Assembly (NCBI GenBank): GCA_023250195.1 | Contig: JAHFBF010000007.1 | Span: 1,128 to 65,127, forward strand | Reading direction: 5' to 3' | Length of the DNA: 64,000 nucleotides | DNA from: Candidatus Melainabacteria bacterium | Lineage (GTDB): Bacteria > Cyanobacteriota > Vampirovibrionia > 2-02-FULL-35-15 | Shown here: one piece after another, positions 29,393 through 39,073 of the stretch | How the letters are laid out: every line of letters starts with the position of its first letter | Position numbering within the stretch: the stretch's first letter is position 1 | The notes under the pieces: generated by a model | Databases searched by the model: none | What the model was told of the DNA's origin: nothing | The model's input: only the letters and a program-made list of their open reading frames with translations | Made by a program: the position numbers and the translations under genes

Positions 29393-29977
29393 CTACTGTT
29401 TTACATTATTTATTCTACAACGCTCAGTACGAATTATACTAATGACATTATCTACAGCATTTGTTAACTCATCATTTACTACAAGATGGTGGAAAAGCTT
29501 TGTCTCATTCATCTCTTCCTTAGCTTTGTTAAGCCTGATTTTAACTTTATCAATTGATTCGGTTTTCCTTTTAATTAGTCTTTCTTCCAAAACTTCAAAT
29601 GAAGGCGGTGTTAAAAAGATAAGCACTGCGTCCGGACATTTTTGTTTAATCTGTTTTGCTCCCTGAACTTCTATTTCAAGAATTACATCTTTACCGCATG
29701 ACAGATAATTATTTATAGCAAATTTGGGTGAGCCATAAAAATTCCCCACAAATTCTGCCCATTCAAGAAATTGATTTGAATTAATCATTTCCTGAAATTC
29801 TTCTTTTGTTTTAAAAAAATAATTTATACCTTCTTTCTCGCCATCTCTCATCGGCCTTGTAGTCGCAGAAACAGACAGATATACATTGTCAACTTTTTTA
29901 AGTATTTCTCCAGCTACAGTACTCTTTCCAACACCGGATGGGCCACTAATTACAAAGATTTTGCCTTCGCTTGACAT
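29393..29977 (-). CDS. gmk: Guanylate kinase
   Basis: SGPSGVGKST, SVSATTR, EWAEF..NFYGS and EIEVQGA motifs. Confidence 0.98.
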   Translation of the reverse strand: MSSEGKIFVISGPSGVGKSTVAGEILKKVDNVYLSVSATTRPMRDGEKEGINYFFKTKEEFQEMINSNQFLEWAEFVGNFYGSPKFAINNYLSCGKDVILEIEVQGAKQIKQKCPDAVLIFLTPPSFEVLEERLIKRKTESIDKVKIRLNKAKEEMNETKLFHHLVVNDELTNAVDNVISIIRTERCRINNVKQ

Positions 29978-30027
29978 TTTTTATATAGCTCCAGACAAGC
30001 TGGAGTGTCCCTCGATCAATCCCTTTC
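29978..30027 (-). repeat. Start-proximal repeat (CAGCTTGYCTGGAGCTATATAAAAA) before gmk
   Basis: 24/25 identical to 60501-60525. Confidence 0.75.
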
Positions 30028-30035
30028 ACTGGATC

Positions 30036-30063
30036 GGATTTGCCCAATAAATGGGACAAATCC
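30036..30063 (-). promoter_or_regulatory. Bulged-U hairpin motif, copy 2 (gmk leader)
   Basis: GGATTTG-T-CCCA-TTTAT-TGGG-CAAATCC, just downstream of a TATAGT -10-like box. Confidence 0.55.
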
Positions 30064-30185
30064 TTTAAATACTATAGTGTTTTATTTCATTCTTTAATTT
30101 CTGTCTTCTGTCTTTCTTGCTTACTTCTACCCTTTAAATGAGTGTACAATATCTATGATATATTTTCTCTGTTAATTAAAGCGTT

Positions 30186-31385
30186 ATGAAGAAATTTGCA
30201 TTATTATTTGGTTTATTACTTCTAACTATTGGACTTGTTTTATCATTTATAGACACCCCTTTTAAGTACCTTTTTCAGGCTAACACCCATTTAACCAGTG
30301 GGAAAGTAGCCAAAGCAGTCAAGTTGCTTGAGGACGGATACAAAAAATACCCGAACAATCACAAAATTACATTTGCTCTGGCTAAAGCCTATCATCTGGC
30401 AGGTGAAACAGAACTTGCAAATAAAACAATATTTTCAAATTCAAAAAAAACAATAGACACTTTAAAGTGCGACAAAGATTTTAGGAATTTTTTAGTGGAT
30501 CTTGCAGATGCAAATCATGAGATTGGGGACGAACGATCTGCAAAATTTCTTGCTACACAATACCTGACATGTCAAGAGAATCCCAAACCATCACAACAAA
30601 CTGTAAAAAACTTACTTAGAGTAGGGCAGATACTGCCGGAAAGATCTCTTGAGGTCTGGGAAAAAGGATTTAACCTTGCTAATGCAATAAATAAACCTGA
30701 ACTAAAAGAAAGTTTAAAAGCATTACTTTTACCAAAATATTTTCAAATGGCTGATGATTTAAAAGGACAAAAAAAGTATAAAGATGCTCTTGAAATCTTA
30801 AATAAAGCTGGAGTTCTTGGGAAATGCGCCGAAGTAAATTACGAACAGGCAAAATTATGTATTGAACTCGGAAAAATCGGGCAGGCACAAAAATTATTTG
30901 AAGATGCCATTCAGCTTGAACCTGAGAATGATGACTATAAGATTTCTTATGCCAATGCCCTGAAAAAAGCTGCCTTAAGTACAAATGACAGAATTAAAAG
31001 AAATGAATATTTTGAAAAGATCAAATTATTACTTGCTGGAGATGACAATCCGGTAAAAGCTACTTTGCTTAAAAAAATCATGAACTTAAACGCAAAATAC
31101 AAAATTACCGACAGTAGTCTGAAATTAAAATATATTGGTGATTATTTATATCCATCTTTTACCTTTAAAATTATTCCTGTTTCCGACATTGAAATAAAAA
31201 AATACAAAGTAATATTTCTAAATGAAGAAAGAAGAGAACTGGATAATTATGAAGCTCCGTTAACAAATGAAGAACTAAATCAGCCTATAGAAGTTACATC
31301 CAGGAATTCCGTTCAAGATGATAACTTTATTAATGCAAAGCTTTTTGTAAATGATGAATTTGTAAAGGAATACATGAACAAATGA
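30186..31385 (+). CDS. Membrane-anchored TPR-repeat protein
   Basis: N-terminal TM; TPR-like LAKAYHLAG and AQKLFEDAIQLEPEN. Confidence 0.75.
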   Translation: MKKFALLFGLLLLTIGLVLSFIDTPFKYLFQANTHLTSGKVAKAVKLLEDGYKKYPNNHKITFALAKAYHLAGETELANKTIFSNSKKTIDTLKCDKDFRNFLVDLADANHEIGDERSAKFLATQYLTCQENPKPSQQTVKNLLRVGQILPERSLEVWEKGFNLANAINKPELKESLKALLLPKYFQMADDLKGQKKYKDALEILNKAGVLGKCAEVNYEQAKLCIELGKIGQAQKLFEDAIQLEPENDDYKISYANALKKAALSTNDRIKRNEYFEKIKLLLAGDDNPVKATLLKKIMNLNAKYKITDSSLKLKYIGDYLYPSFTFKIIPVSDIEIKKYKVIFLNEERRELDNYEAPLTNEELNQPIEVTSRNSVQDDNFINAKLFVNDEFVKEYMNK

Positions 31386-32098
31386 AACACGAAATTATTG
31401 GAAATGACATGCAGGTAGCTATTGTGGAACTTGATACAAACGAGTTTGTTCAGGCAGATGCAGGCAGTATGTTTTTTATAGAAGGTAATGTAGATATGGA
31501 TCTCAGAATGCCTGGTGGATGGGTTGGCGGTTTAAAAAGAATGTTTCTTGGGGAATCATTTATGCTTCCTGTTTTCAAATCAAAATCCATAGGTTCAAAA
31601 GTTGCATTTGCACCGCCATATCCCGGTAAAATAATTGAGCTTGAAGTAACAAATGATAAGATCTGGCAGGCACAGAAAAAAAGTTTTTTATTTGCTTATG
31701 GAAATATTTCTATAAATATCAGTTTTATCAGAAAATTTAAAGTTGGTTTTTTTGGCGGGGAAGGTTTTATTCTTGAAAAGTTTTCAGGAAATGGAAAAGT
31801 TTTTATAAATTGCGGCGGAATGGCTATTGAAAAAACTTTGGACATAAATGAAACCATTCAAGTTGATACCGGCTGTATAGTAGCTTTTGAAGACAGCATA
31901 CAATATGACGTCAAACGAATTAAAAGTATTAAAACAGCAATTTTTGGTGGGGAAGGTTTATTTTTATCTACTCTAACAGGTCCCGGGAAAATTATCCTAC
32001 AGTCAATGCCATGGTCCAGATTCCAAAATGCAATGTCTAATGGTAATGGCAGCAAAGGGCTACTTAGTGATGCGGGAAAGATTTTTGGTGGAGATTAG
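31382..32098 (+). CDS. AIM24 (TIGR00266-like) family protein
   Basis: Repeated GES/GGEG units; VDTGCIVAF and LTGPGKIILQS motifs. Confidence 0.9.
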   Translation: MKHEIIGNDMQVAIVELDTNEFVQADAGSMFFIEGNVDMDLRMPGGWVGGLKRMFLGESFMLPVFKSKSIGSKVAFAPPYPGKIIELEVTNDKIWQAQKKSFLFAYGNISINISFIRKFKVGFFGGEGFILEKFSGNGKVFINCGGMAIEKTLDINETIQVDTGCIVAFEDSIQYDVKRIKSIKTAIFGGEGLFLSTLTGPGKIILQSMPWSRFQNAMSNGNGSKGLLSDAGKIFGGD

Positions 32099-32236
32099 AA
32101 GATATCAGAGGATCTATTAAGATTCAGTTAAATTGAGAAATATCAAATATAACCATTCAGCAACTTTGTATTAACTGAGAACTATTAAAGACAATTATTC
32201 AGTAATTTTTTATTAACTGTTAACTATAAAATCAAA

Positions 32237-33850
32237 ATGTCATTAAACATTTCAAACTCTAATATTTCATTATCAATTCCAGGCATAGAATCTGTAGTTA
32301 ACTTTAATATTGGCAAATTGTTAAAGTTAATTAGAAATGAAGAAAATTTAACTCAGGCATTAATAGCTCAAAATACTCATGACCAATTTATCTCTTATGA
32401 ATTAGAGCTTGACGAACAATCATCTGAAAAGCTAAAGGAACTAGCCCCCCATGAAGAGTTAAAACTAAAGCTAAGATACTCCATTGAGATCAGATATAAA
32501 ATTATTCCTAGTGATTGTGAAAAACTTCACTCAAGATTTCCAACAATTCCTGGAGTTACTCCAAATGGAATATGGTTATATGATAAAAAGAAAGACTTAT
32601 TGATTTATGAGTATAAATCAGGAAGTACTATAGCCAATTTATTTTATGATAAAAATGGCAAAAAAGTTTCTGAAGAAGATTATAATTCTAAGACCAAAGA
32701 GAAAAAAATATATTCTGAGAATGGAGGATATGAGTTATATAAGAATGGGATCTTACTGGAAAAAACTGAGGTTTATGGAGAAATTAGTTCAGTCAAAGGA
32801 AAGGCAATTACTCATTATAAAGACGGGGAAATAAATTCCATAGAAGTATATGATTCCAATTCAAAATTATTAGATAAAGTAAGGACTGATGGAAAAAAAG
32901 AGGTTATTTCACTTGGAAAAGAATTCCTTACTCTTATTTATAACCATAGAAAAGATAAACCAATAAATCTGGACATCTTTAAGTTTATAAAAGATAAAAC
33001 CAAGACGAAGGAAGATTATTTAAAATTTGAAGAACAATATCTAGCTGATTTTGGGGTCACAGTAAAAAGAGATCCTTTTATTGGAATAATTTTGCGTGAT
33101 GTTAGAAACCATGGGCTTGAAATTGCTGGACTAAATAAAGACAAAGAAAAGATTGAAAAAAAATATGGGATAAAAATTGAAATTAATGATTGTAGAAGTT
33201 CTCAATTCACTTACACCCGTATGCCAATAAGAAGTGTTGAAAAAGAACTAAAACTGCTTGACAGAGAGATTCAAAAATATCCTCCTGGATTTATAAAAAA
33301 ACAAAATCTCACTGTTTACCTTGTTGATAATATAAGGACTAATGGATTAGAGAGCTCTCCAAGAGGTTTATATCTATCTGAAGTAAGTGGAATAGTCATT
33401 ACAACATCAAGTGTGTTTGATCATGAATTTTATCATCGTTTAGATGATGCTAATGACGGCTTATCAAAGAACAATTCTGAATGGGTAAAATTATCACCTG
33501 ATTATAATAAAGATGGAAACAAAGGATTTACATGGCAGAATAAAATAGGGTGGAGAGCATCTGATAAAGATCTCCCTAAAGGATTTGCAAGGCATTATGG
33601 CAGAGTTAACCCAGACGAAGATCAAGCTACTATTGCAGAATGTCTTTTTCGCAAGGATGGTGATCAAAGTTACAGTGTCCTTATGAGAAAAGCAAAGAGA
33701 GATAAGGTCCTTATGGCAAAAATAAATTTCATTAAAGCTGAATATAAAAAATGGAGTGGTGGAATGATTGACGAAAAGTATTTTAATGATTTAAGTGATG
33801 GCGTTATTATAAATGAAGCTTATTGGGAGAAAAGAGCAAAGGCTAAATAA
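32237..33850 (+). CDS. Orphan protein with MORN-like beta repeats and C-terminal HExxH zinc metallopeptidase domain
   Basis: FDHEFYHRLD plus downstream NPDEDQATIAE; YDKNG/YKNG/YKDG repeats. Confidence 0.7.
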   Translation: MSLNISNSNISLSIPGIESVVNFNIGKLLKLIRNEENLTQALIAQNTHDQFISYELELDEQSSEKLKELAPHEELKLKLRYSIEIRYKIIPSDCEKLHSRFPTIPGVTPNGIWLYDKKKDLLIYEYKSGSTIANLFYDKNGKKVSEEDYNSKTKEKKIYSENGGYELYKNGILLEKTEVYGEISSVKGKAITHYKDGEINSIEVYDSNSKLLDKVRTDGKKEVISLGKEFLTLIYNHRKDKPINLDIFKFIKDKTKTKEDYLKFEEQYLADFGVTVKRDPFIGIILRDVRNHGLEIAGLNKDKEKIEKKYGIKIEINDCRSSQFTYTRMPIRSVEKELKLLDREIQKYPPGFIKKQNLTVYLVDNIRTNGLESSPRGLYLSEVSGIVITTSSVFDHEFYHRLDDANDGLSKNNSEWVKLSPDYNKDGNKGFTWQNKIGWRASDKDLPKGFARHYGRVNPDEDQATIAECLFRKDGDQSYSVLMRKAKRDKVLMAKINFIKAEYKKWSGGMIDEKYFNDLSDGVIINEAYWEKRAKAK

Positions 33851-33927
33851 GCCAACTGCTTGAATTTACATTTTGTTCGCTATTATAATTCTTTTCAGGA
33901 CTGCTGACTTATGCTATAAATAAAGCC

Positions 33928-34302
33928 ATGTCTTCTCAATTCACACAAATTGCAATTTTTACAATAGTTGGTTTTGTCCTTGGTGCTACTTTACTTACAC
34001 TTTCAGCAACCATACAAAGAATTTTTGGAATATCTAATCCTACAAAAGTAAAAACAGAATCATATGAATGTGGAATGAAAGTTTTTCACGACACAAAGAT
34101 CCAGTTTGATATTAAATATTACTTATTTGCACTTATGTTCATTGTGTTTGATGTAGAGTTTGTTTTTCTTGTACCATGGGCTGTGATTTTTGATATTTCA
34201 TGTAATAAAATTTTCCTTATCATTGAAGCTTTTATTTTTGTTTTTATCCTTGTACTTGGACTATATTATGCATGGCAAAAAGGTGTGTTGGAATTTGATT
34301 AA
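33928..34302 (+). CDS. ndhC: NADH dehydrogenase subunit A (NuoA/NdhC)
   Basis: YECGM, YYLFALMFIVFDVE and YAWQKG motifs. Confidence 0.93.
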   Translation: MSSQFTQIAIFTIVGFVLGATLLTLSATIQRIFGISNPTKVKTESYECGMKVFHDTKIQFDIKYYLFALMFIVFDVEFVFLVPWAVIFDISCNKIFLIIEAFIFVFILVLGLYYAWQKGVLEFD

Positions 34303-34359
34303 AACATGTAAATCTCACTGATTCTAAAATTGTGAGTATAATTTACTTGTAAAGAAAAA

Positions 34360-34968
34360 ATGACAGAACCACTTATAAAATTACCAAGTAAACCAGTTCC
34401 TGAAGATTTAAAAGGAAATGTTATTGTTGCAGGACTTTCTGGGTTTTTGGATCTTATTTATAATTGGGCAAGATCAAATTCAGTCTGGCCGCTTACCTTT
34501 GGAACATCATGCTGCGCAATTGAAATGATGTCTACAGGAATGAGTAAGTTTGATATTTCAAGATTTGGATCTGAAGTTTTTAGAGCTACTCCCAGACAGG
34601 CAGATTTAATAATTACTGCAGGTACTATAACCAGAAAAATGGCACCCGCACTTATCAGACTCTATGAGCAAATGCCAGAACCAAAATATGTAATTGCAAT
34701 GGGAGCATGTACTATTACAGGCGGAATGTTTCATGATTCTTATTCAGTGGTACAGGGAGTAGACAGAATAATCCCTGTAGATGTTTATGTGCCGGGCTGT
34801 CCACCAAGACCAGAAGGTTTATTACACGGACTGATGATTTTGCAGAGAAAAATAAGAAATGAATCTTTGGCTTCGCGAAGACTTTATGCAAAAGATCATC
34901 ATCCTGTAACATATGTAGATGAGTTAACCGGTCTGCCATTTCCATTTAAAGAAGAACAAAAAGTATAA
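34360..34968 (+). CDS. ndhK: NADH dehydrogenase subunit B (NuoB/NdhK)
   Basis: CCAIEM, TPRQADL, MGAC and PGCPPRPE motifs. Confidence 0.95.
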   Translation: MTEPLIKLPSKPVPEDLKGNVIVAGLSGFLDLIYNWARSNSVWPLTFGTSCCAIEMMSTGMSKFDISRFGSEVFRATPRQADLIITAGTITRKMAPALIRLYEQMPEPKYVIAMGACTITGGMFHDSYSVVQGVDRIIPVDVYVPGCPPRPEGLLHGLMILQRKIRNESLASRRLYAKDHHPVTYVDELTGLPFPFKEEQKV

Positions 34969-34970
34969 CA

Positions 34971-35531
34971 ATGTCAACCGAACAAACTATTCAAACACTG
35001 CCGCCGCCAGCTCCTCCTTCAGCAGGGGAATTTGGAAAGTTTTTAAAGGACAAAGGAATTAATTCAATCCCTTTAGGAAATGATGCTGACAGTATAGAGA
35101 TGCTGGAGCTTGAAACAAATAACTTAGTTAATGCCTGTAAATTATTAAAAGAATCAAGTGAAACTGATTTTGATTTTCTTGTTTTAATGACATCTACAGA
35201 TACAAAAAAAGGCTTCCAGTCAATTTACACATTACAATCCATAAAAAGCAAAAAATCACTCCGAATAAAGGTTACAGTACCAAAAGATAATCTAAAAATC
35301 CCAAGTGTAAGTCACCTCTGGAACACAGCAAACTGGTACGAACGCGAGGCATATGACATGATGGGCATAGTTTATACTAACCATCCAAATTTAAAAAGGA
35401 TTTTAAACCCTGACAACTGGGAAGGATACCCGCTTAGAAAAGATTACATACCACCCACTGATTCCCTAAATGGCCCTCATCCACTTACTGAAACTGCAAT
35501 GGCTGAGAAAACTTTAGGTAAACCTAGCTAA
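34971..35531 (+). CDS. ndhJ: NADH dehydrogenase subunit C (NuoC/NdhJ)
   Basis: ANWYEREAYDM, HPNLKRIL and GYPLRKDY motifs. Confidence 0.93.
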   Translation: MSTEQTIQTLPPPAPPSAGEFGKFLKDKGINSIPLGNDADSIEMLELETNNLVNACKLLKESSETDFDFLVLMTSTDTKKGFQSIYTLQSIKSKKSLRIKVTVPKDNLKIPSVSHLWNTANWYEREAYDMMGIVYTNHPNLKRILNPDNWEGYPLRKDYIPPTDSLNGPHPLTETAMAEKTLGKPS

Positions 35532-35550
35532 ATATAGAAAGGAAAAAGCA

Positions 35551-36774
35551 TTGTCAATAGTTAAAGACACAAACCAATTAGAAAAAAGTTTTAAAACCGA
35601 TGAAATGGTTATAAACATGGGCCCTCAACATCCATCTACCCATGGAGTTTTAAGACTGATTTTAAAGTTAGATGGAGAAATTGTTAAAGATTGTGAGCCT
35701 GTTATTGGTTATTTGCATAGAGGAATGGAATGGCTTGGACAAAACCGGACCTATGTTCAGTATCAGGCACTTGTAGATCGTGTGGATTATTTAGCCGGGA
35801 TGTCTGACAGTCATGCTTACATTCTGGCAGCAGAAAAAATTGCAGGGATTAAGGTTCCTCTTCGTGCAGAATACATAAGAGTAATTTGTTCAGAGTTAAA
35901 CAGAATTATTTCCCATCTTCTTGGACTTGGGATTTTTCTTCTTGATCTTGGAGCAATGATGGGTTTTCCATTTTATACATTTAGAGATCGTGAATCTATC
36001 CTTTCATTTTTAGAAGAAGTTTCCGGACAAAGAATGATGTTTAATTATTTTAGAATTGGTGGAGTATTTAAAGATCTGCCAAAAGGCTGGACAAGGAAAG
36101 TAAAGAAATGGATTAATGAAGAGTTTTTTAAATATGTTGATGAGTATGAAGCTATCGCTACAAATAATCCGATATTTCTTGTAAGAACACAAAACATAGG
36201 ATACCTGGATCCAAAATTAGCTATCAGCTACGGTGTTACCGGTCCAAATCTCAGAGCATCCGGCTTTGATCTTGATCTCAGAAAGCACAGTCCATATTCT
36301 GTTTACGACAAGCTTGAATTTAATGTCCCTGTATTAACTGCCGGGGATACTCATTCCAGATACAAATGTAGAATTCAGGAATTAAGAGAATCAGCAAAAT
36401 TAGTTCTTCAGGCAATAGATAAACTTCCCGGTGGAGATACAGAAGATTTAGAAAAAAATAAAGCTGCTTTAACAAGCGGTGACAATCCTGCTTATAAACC
36501 AGAAGATCTCATGGTATTAGCAAAAGGTAAAAATGTAGCCCCTTCCTTTAAATGCGGTCCTGGTGAAGCTTATACAGCAGTTGAATCTCCACGCGGACAG
36601 TTAGGCGTTCACTTAATAGCAGACGGCAGTTCAGTACCATACAGAATAAAATGGCGTTCGCCGTCTTTTAACAATGTTTCGATTTTAGCTGAATTGGTAA
36701 AAGGACATCCTGTAGCAGATACTGTAGCAATATTCAGCAGTCTTGATGTCATTCTTCCTGACGTAGATAGATAA
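35551..36774 (+). CDS. ndhH: NADH dehydrogenase subunit D (NuoD/NdhH)
   Basis: NMGPQHPSTHGVLRL, GYLHRG, ESPRG and C-terminal DVDR; GAAAGGA SD before the TTG start. Confidence 0.96.
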   Translation: MSIVKDTNQLEKSFKTDEMVINMGPQHPSTHGVLRLILKLDGEIVKDCEPVIGYLHRGMEWLGQNRTYVQYQALVDRVDYLAGMSDSHAYILAAEKIAGIKVPLRAEYIRVICSELNRIISHLLGLGIFLLDLGAMMGFPFYTFRDRESILSFLEEVSGQRMMFNYFRIGGVFKDLPKGWTRKVKKWINEEFFKYVDEYEAIATNNPIFLVRTQNIGYLDPKLAISYGVTGPNLRASGFDLDLRKHSPYSVYDKLEFNVPVLTAGDTHSRYKCRIQELRESAKLVLQAIDKLPGGDTEDLEKNKAALTSGDNPAYKPEDLMVLAKGKNVAPSFKCGPGEAYTAVESPRGQLGVHLIADGSSVPYRIKWRSPSFNNVSILAELVKGHPVADTVAIFSSLDVILPDVDR

Positions 36775-36781
36775 ACAGTAT

Positions 36782-37363
36782 TTATTCTTTTTCAAAGATG
36801 ATCATGGATATGTTGCCTCCATTTGCCTCTATTCCTAATCTTCTTGCTATATCACCACCATGTTCGTTTTGTCTTAAAGAAGAATCCCTTGCAACCGCCT
36901 TCCATAACTCATCAAAGTGTTTTGAAGCAGTATAACCTTCTCCATAAGGTACTACCCGAGCTATTTTTAGAGCAGCTCTTTCCTTATCCCAAATAAAATA
37001 ATAATCATCTGTACCTATTGCAGGTCTACAGTCTTTTGAATCTCCTGTAACTCTTAGCGTTAAAATTCCTGGAACCTGAACGCCCTTTCTTCCTCTTTGT
37101 GTTTCAGTTTGCCATTCACTCACTTTATACGTTACGGGTAACTTGCGATTACTGGGCTGCATTGTTCTTCCAACTAAATTAGGCAACATAGTTTCTAATG
37201 CAGCTCTAGCTGTGGAACTGGCTTCTTCTGGAACTGACTTAGTTATTTCATCTATAGCAGCAGTAATTTCTCCTGAATTAGATATACTTAAACCTTTTTC
37301 TTGAGTTGTTCTTGAAGCGCCCCCACCAATTAACGAAAATGGCCATGGCACTATTTTCCACAT
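36782..37363 (-). CDS. Hypothetical protein (193 aa)
   Basis: Strong SD (AAGGAGA); no recognised motif. Confidence 0.7.
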   Translation of the reverse strand: MWKIVPWPFSLIGGGASRTTQEKGLSISNSGEITAAIDEITKSVPEEASSTARAALETMLPNLVGRTMQPSNRKLPVTYKVSEWQTETQRGRKGVQVPGILTLRVTGDSKDCRPAIGTDDYYFIWDKERAALKIARVVPYGEGYTASKHFDELWKAVARDSSLRQNEHGGDIARRLGIEANGGNISMIIFEKE

Positions 37364-37445
37364 ATTTGATCTCCTTCCTTATTTAACCAATTTAATTGTT
37401 AGAAATAATAGCATTTCCAGAGCATCATCAGGTTAAAATATAGAT

Positions 37446-38471
37446 ATGCAAACTATGAGTACAAAACCAATATACAGTGGCAAAGCTAAAGACATTTTTG
37501 AAACAGAAGACCCCAATGTCTTTCGGGCCTATTTTAGAGACAGCGCTACAGCATTTAATGCCCAGAAAAAAGGCGAAATACATGGTAAAGGCAAAGTCAA
37601 TGCCACAATATCAGCACTTTTATTTAATCTTGTAGAACAAAATGGAATTAAAACACATTTTATAAAGCAAGTTACAGAAAACGAACTTTTAATTAAAAAG
37701 GTAAATATTATTCCTCTTGAAGTTATTGTTAGGAATATTGCTGCAGGAAGCCTTTGCAAAAGGTTAGGAATTAAAGAAGGAAAGATTTTAAAAACACCGA
37801 TAGTTGAATTTAGTTATAAAAAAGATGAGCTTGGTGATCCACTTTTAACAAGAGCATATATTAAAAATGCACTGGAAATTACTGATGATAAAACTTTGGA
37901 TTATATTACCGAATTAACTCTAAAAGCAAACGATATCTTTAAAGATTTCTTTTTAAAAATTGGAATCAAAGTAGTTGATTTTAAACTTGAATACGGTTTT
38001 GATAAAAATGGTGATGTACTTTTAGCCGATGAGCTGTCACCTGATAATTTCAGATTCTGGGATGCAACAACAAATGAAAAACTTGACAAAGATAGATTTA
38101 GACAGGATCTTGGGAATGTAGAAGGTGCATATCAGGAGATGTTAAAACGTATAAAAGAAGGTTGCGCTGGTGTCATTGCGAGGAGTGAAACGACGAAGCA
38201 ATCTCAAAAACGTAATGTGGAAACTCAACACTTCTCTGTCCGAGTCCAGGTTCTTCCAAAACAAGACATCTTAGATCCACAGGGACAGGCAGTTGAAAAA
38301 GCATTAATATCAATGGGTTATAAAAATATAAAAGACTTAAGAATTGGGAAAGAAATTGTTTTTAAAGTAAAAGCTGAATCATCTGAAAAAGCAAAATCTG
38401 AAGTTGACCAAATGTGTGAGCGGCTTTTAGCTAATCCAGTAATTGAAGACTATAAAATTGAAATATCATAA
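37446..38471 (+). CDS. purC: PurC (SAICAR synthase) fused in-frame to PurS
   Basis: YSGKAK, IPLEVIVRN, DFKLEYG, ADELSPD and DKDRFR, followed by ILDPQG...LLANPVIEDY (PurS). Confidence 0.93.
   Translation: MQTMSTKPIYSGKAKDIFETEDPNVFRAYFRDSATAFNAQKKGEIHGKGKVNATISALLFNLVEQNGIKTHFIKQVTENELLIKKVNIIPLEVIVRNIAAGSLCKRLGIKEGKILKTPIVEFSYKKDELGDPLLTRAYIKNALEITDDKTLDYITELTLKANDIFKDFFLKIGIKVVDFKLEYGFDKNGDVLLADELSPDNFRFWDATTNEKLDKDRFRQDLGNVEGAYQEMLKRIKEGCAGVIARSETTKQSQKRNVETQHFSVRVQVLPKQDILDPQGQAVEKALISMGYKNIKDLRIGKEIVFKVKAESSEKAKSEVDQMCERLLANPVIEDYKIEIS
38172..38213 (+). repeat. Half CGTC-type element translated as the PurC-PurS linker
   Basis: GTCATTGCGAGGAGTGAAACGACGAAGCAATCTCAAAAACGT (VIARSETTKQSQKR) matches the left arms of 47710-47807 and 53084-53172. 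Confidence 0.85.
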
Positions 38472-38502
38472 TATAAAACGCTAAGTCTTAACCTAATAAA
38501 AC
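38451..38502 (+). repeat. purS 3' end plus downstream spacer, direct repeat copy 1 (52 bp)
   Basis: 51/52 identical to 39022-39073. Confidence 0.92.
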
Positions 38503-38607
38503 TAATTCTAAAAAAATAATAAACTCTTTAAATATTAGATTAATTTTTTTTAATAATCTTGCACTATTTCATTTCTATATGTTACGGTCAAATTAGGAGA
38601 TAAAAAT

Positions 38608-39042
38608 ATGAACTTTGATAATGTTGGCCCCCATTTAAAAACAACTTTCCCAGGTACAAATCAAGAACCTACAAAAGCAATTACACTTATTAAGGATCCA
38701 ATTACTCCACGAGTTGAAATAAATTTAAAAGCTTTTACAGAAGAGGAAGGACTCCCTCCTAGTATTGCTGCACGAGAAGCTATAGGACGTTTAATAGCAT
38801 TTATAACTGATGAAAACGAAAAAAGAATAAATATACACTGTGGCGATCCACATGAAACTTGTTTAGGTGGACTTAGATATACTGGAGACGCTAGACAAGC
38901 ACAGAAGGATGTAGCAGATTTAACTTCTCGTGCAACACTTGAAACTATTCAAAATAGAACTGGAGAATCTATATCTGTGAAACAGTTTAATGATCCTGTT
39001 GATGGTAATCCTGTTATTTCATATAAAGTTGAAATATCATAA
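38608..39042 (+). CDS. Orphan protein (144 aa) ending in a copy of the PurS C-terminus
   Basis: AGGAG SD; ends NPVISYKVEIS versus PurS NPVIEDYKIEIS. Confidence 0.75.
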   Translation: MNFDNVGPHLKTTFPGTNQEPTKAITLIKDPITPRVEINLKAFTEEEGLPPSIAAREAIGRLIAFITDENEKRINIHCGDPHETCLGGLRYTGDARQAQKDVADLTSRATLETIQNRTGESISVKQFNDPVDGNPVISYKVEIS

Positions 39043-39073
39043 TATAAAACGCTAAGTCTTAACCTAATAAAAC
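39022..39073 (+). repeat. purS 3' end plus spacer, direct repeat copy 2
   Basis: 51/52 identical to 38451-38502. Confidence 0.92.

Noticed and set aside
36420-36540. Insertion near the NdhH C-terminus as a repeat-derived peptide
   Set aside because: No palindrome in the DNA; this region is naturally length-variable in NuoD/NdhH.
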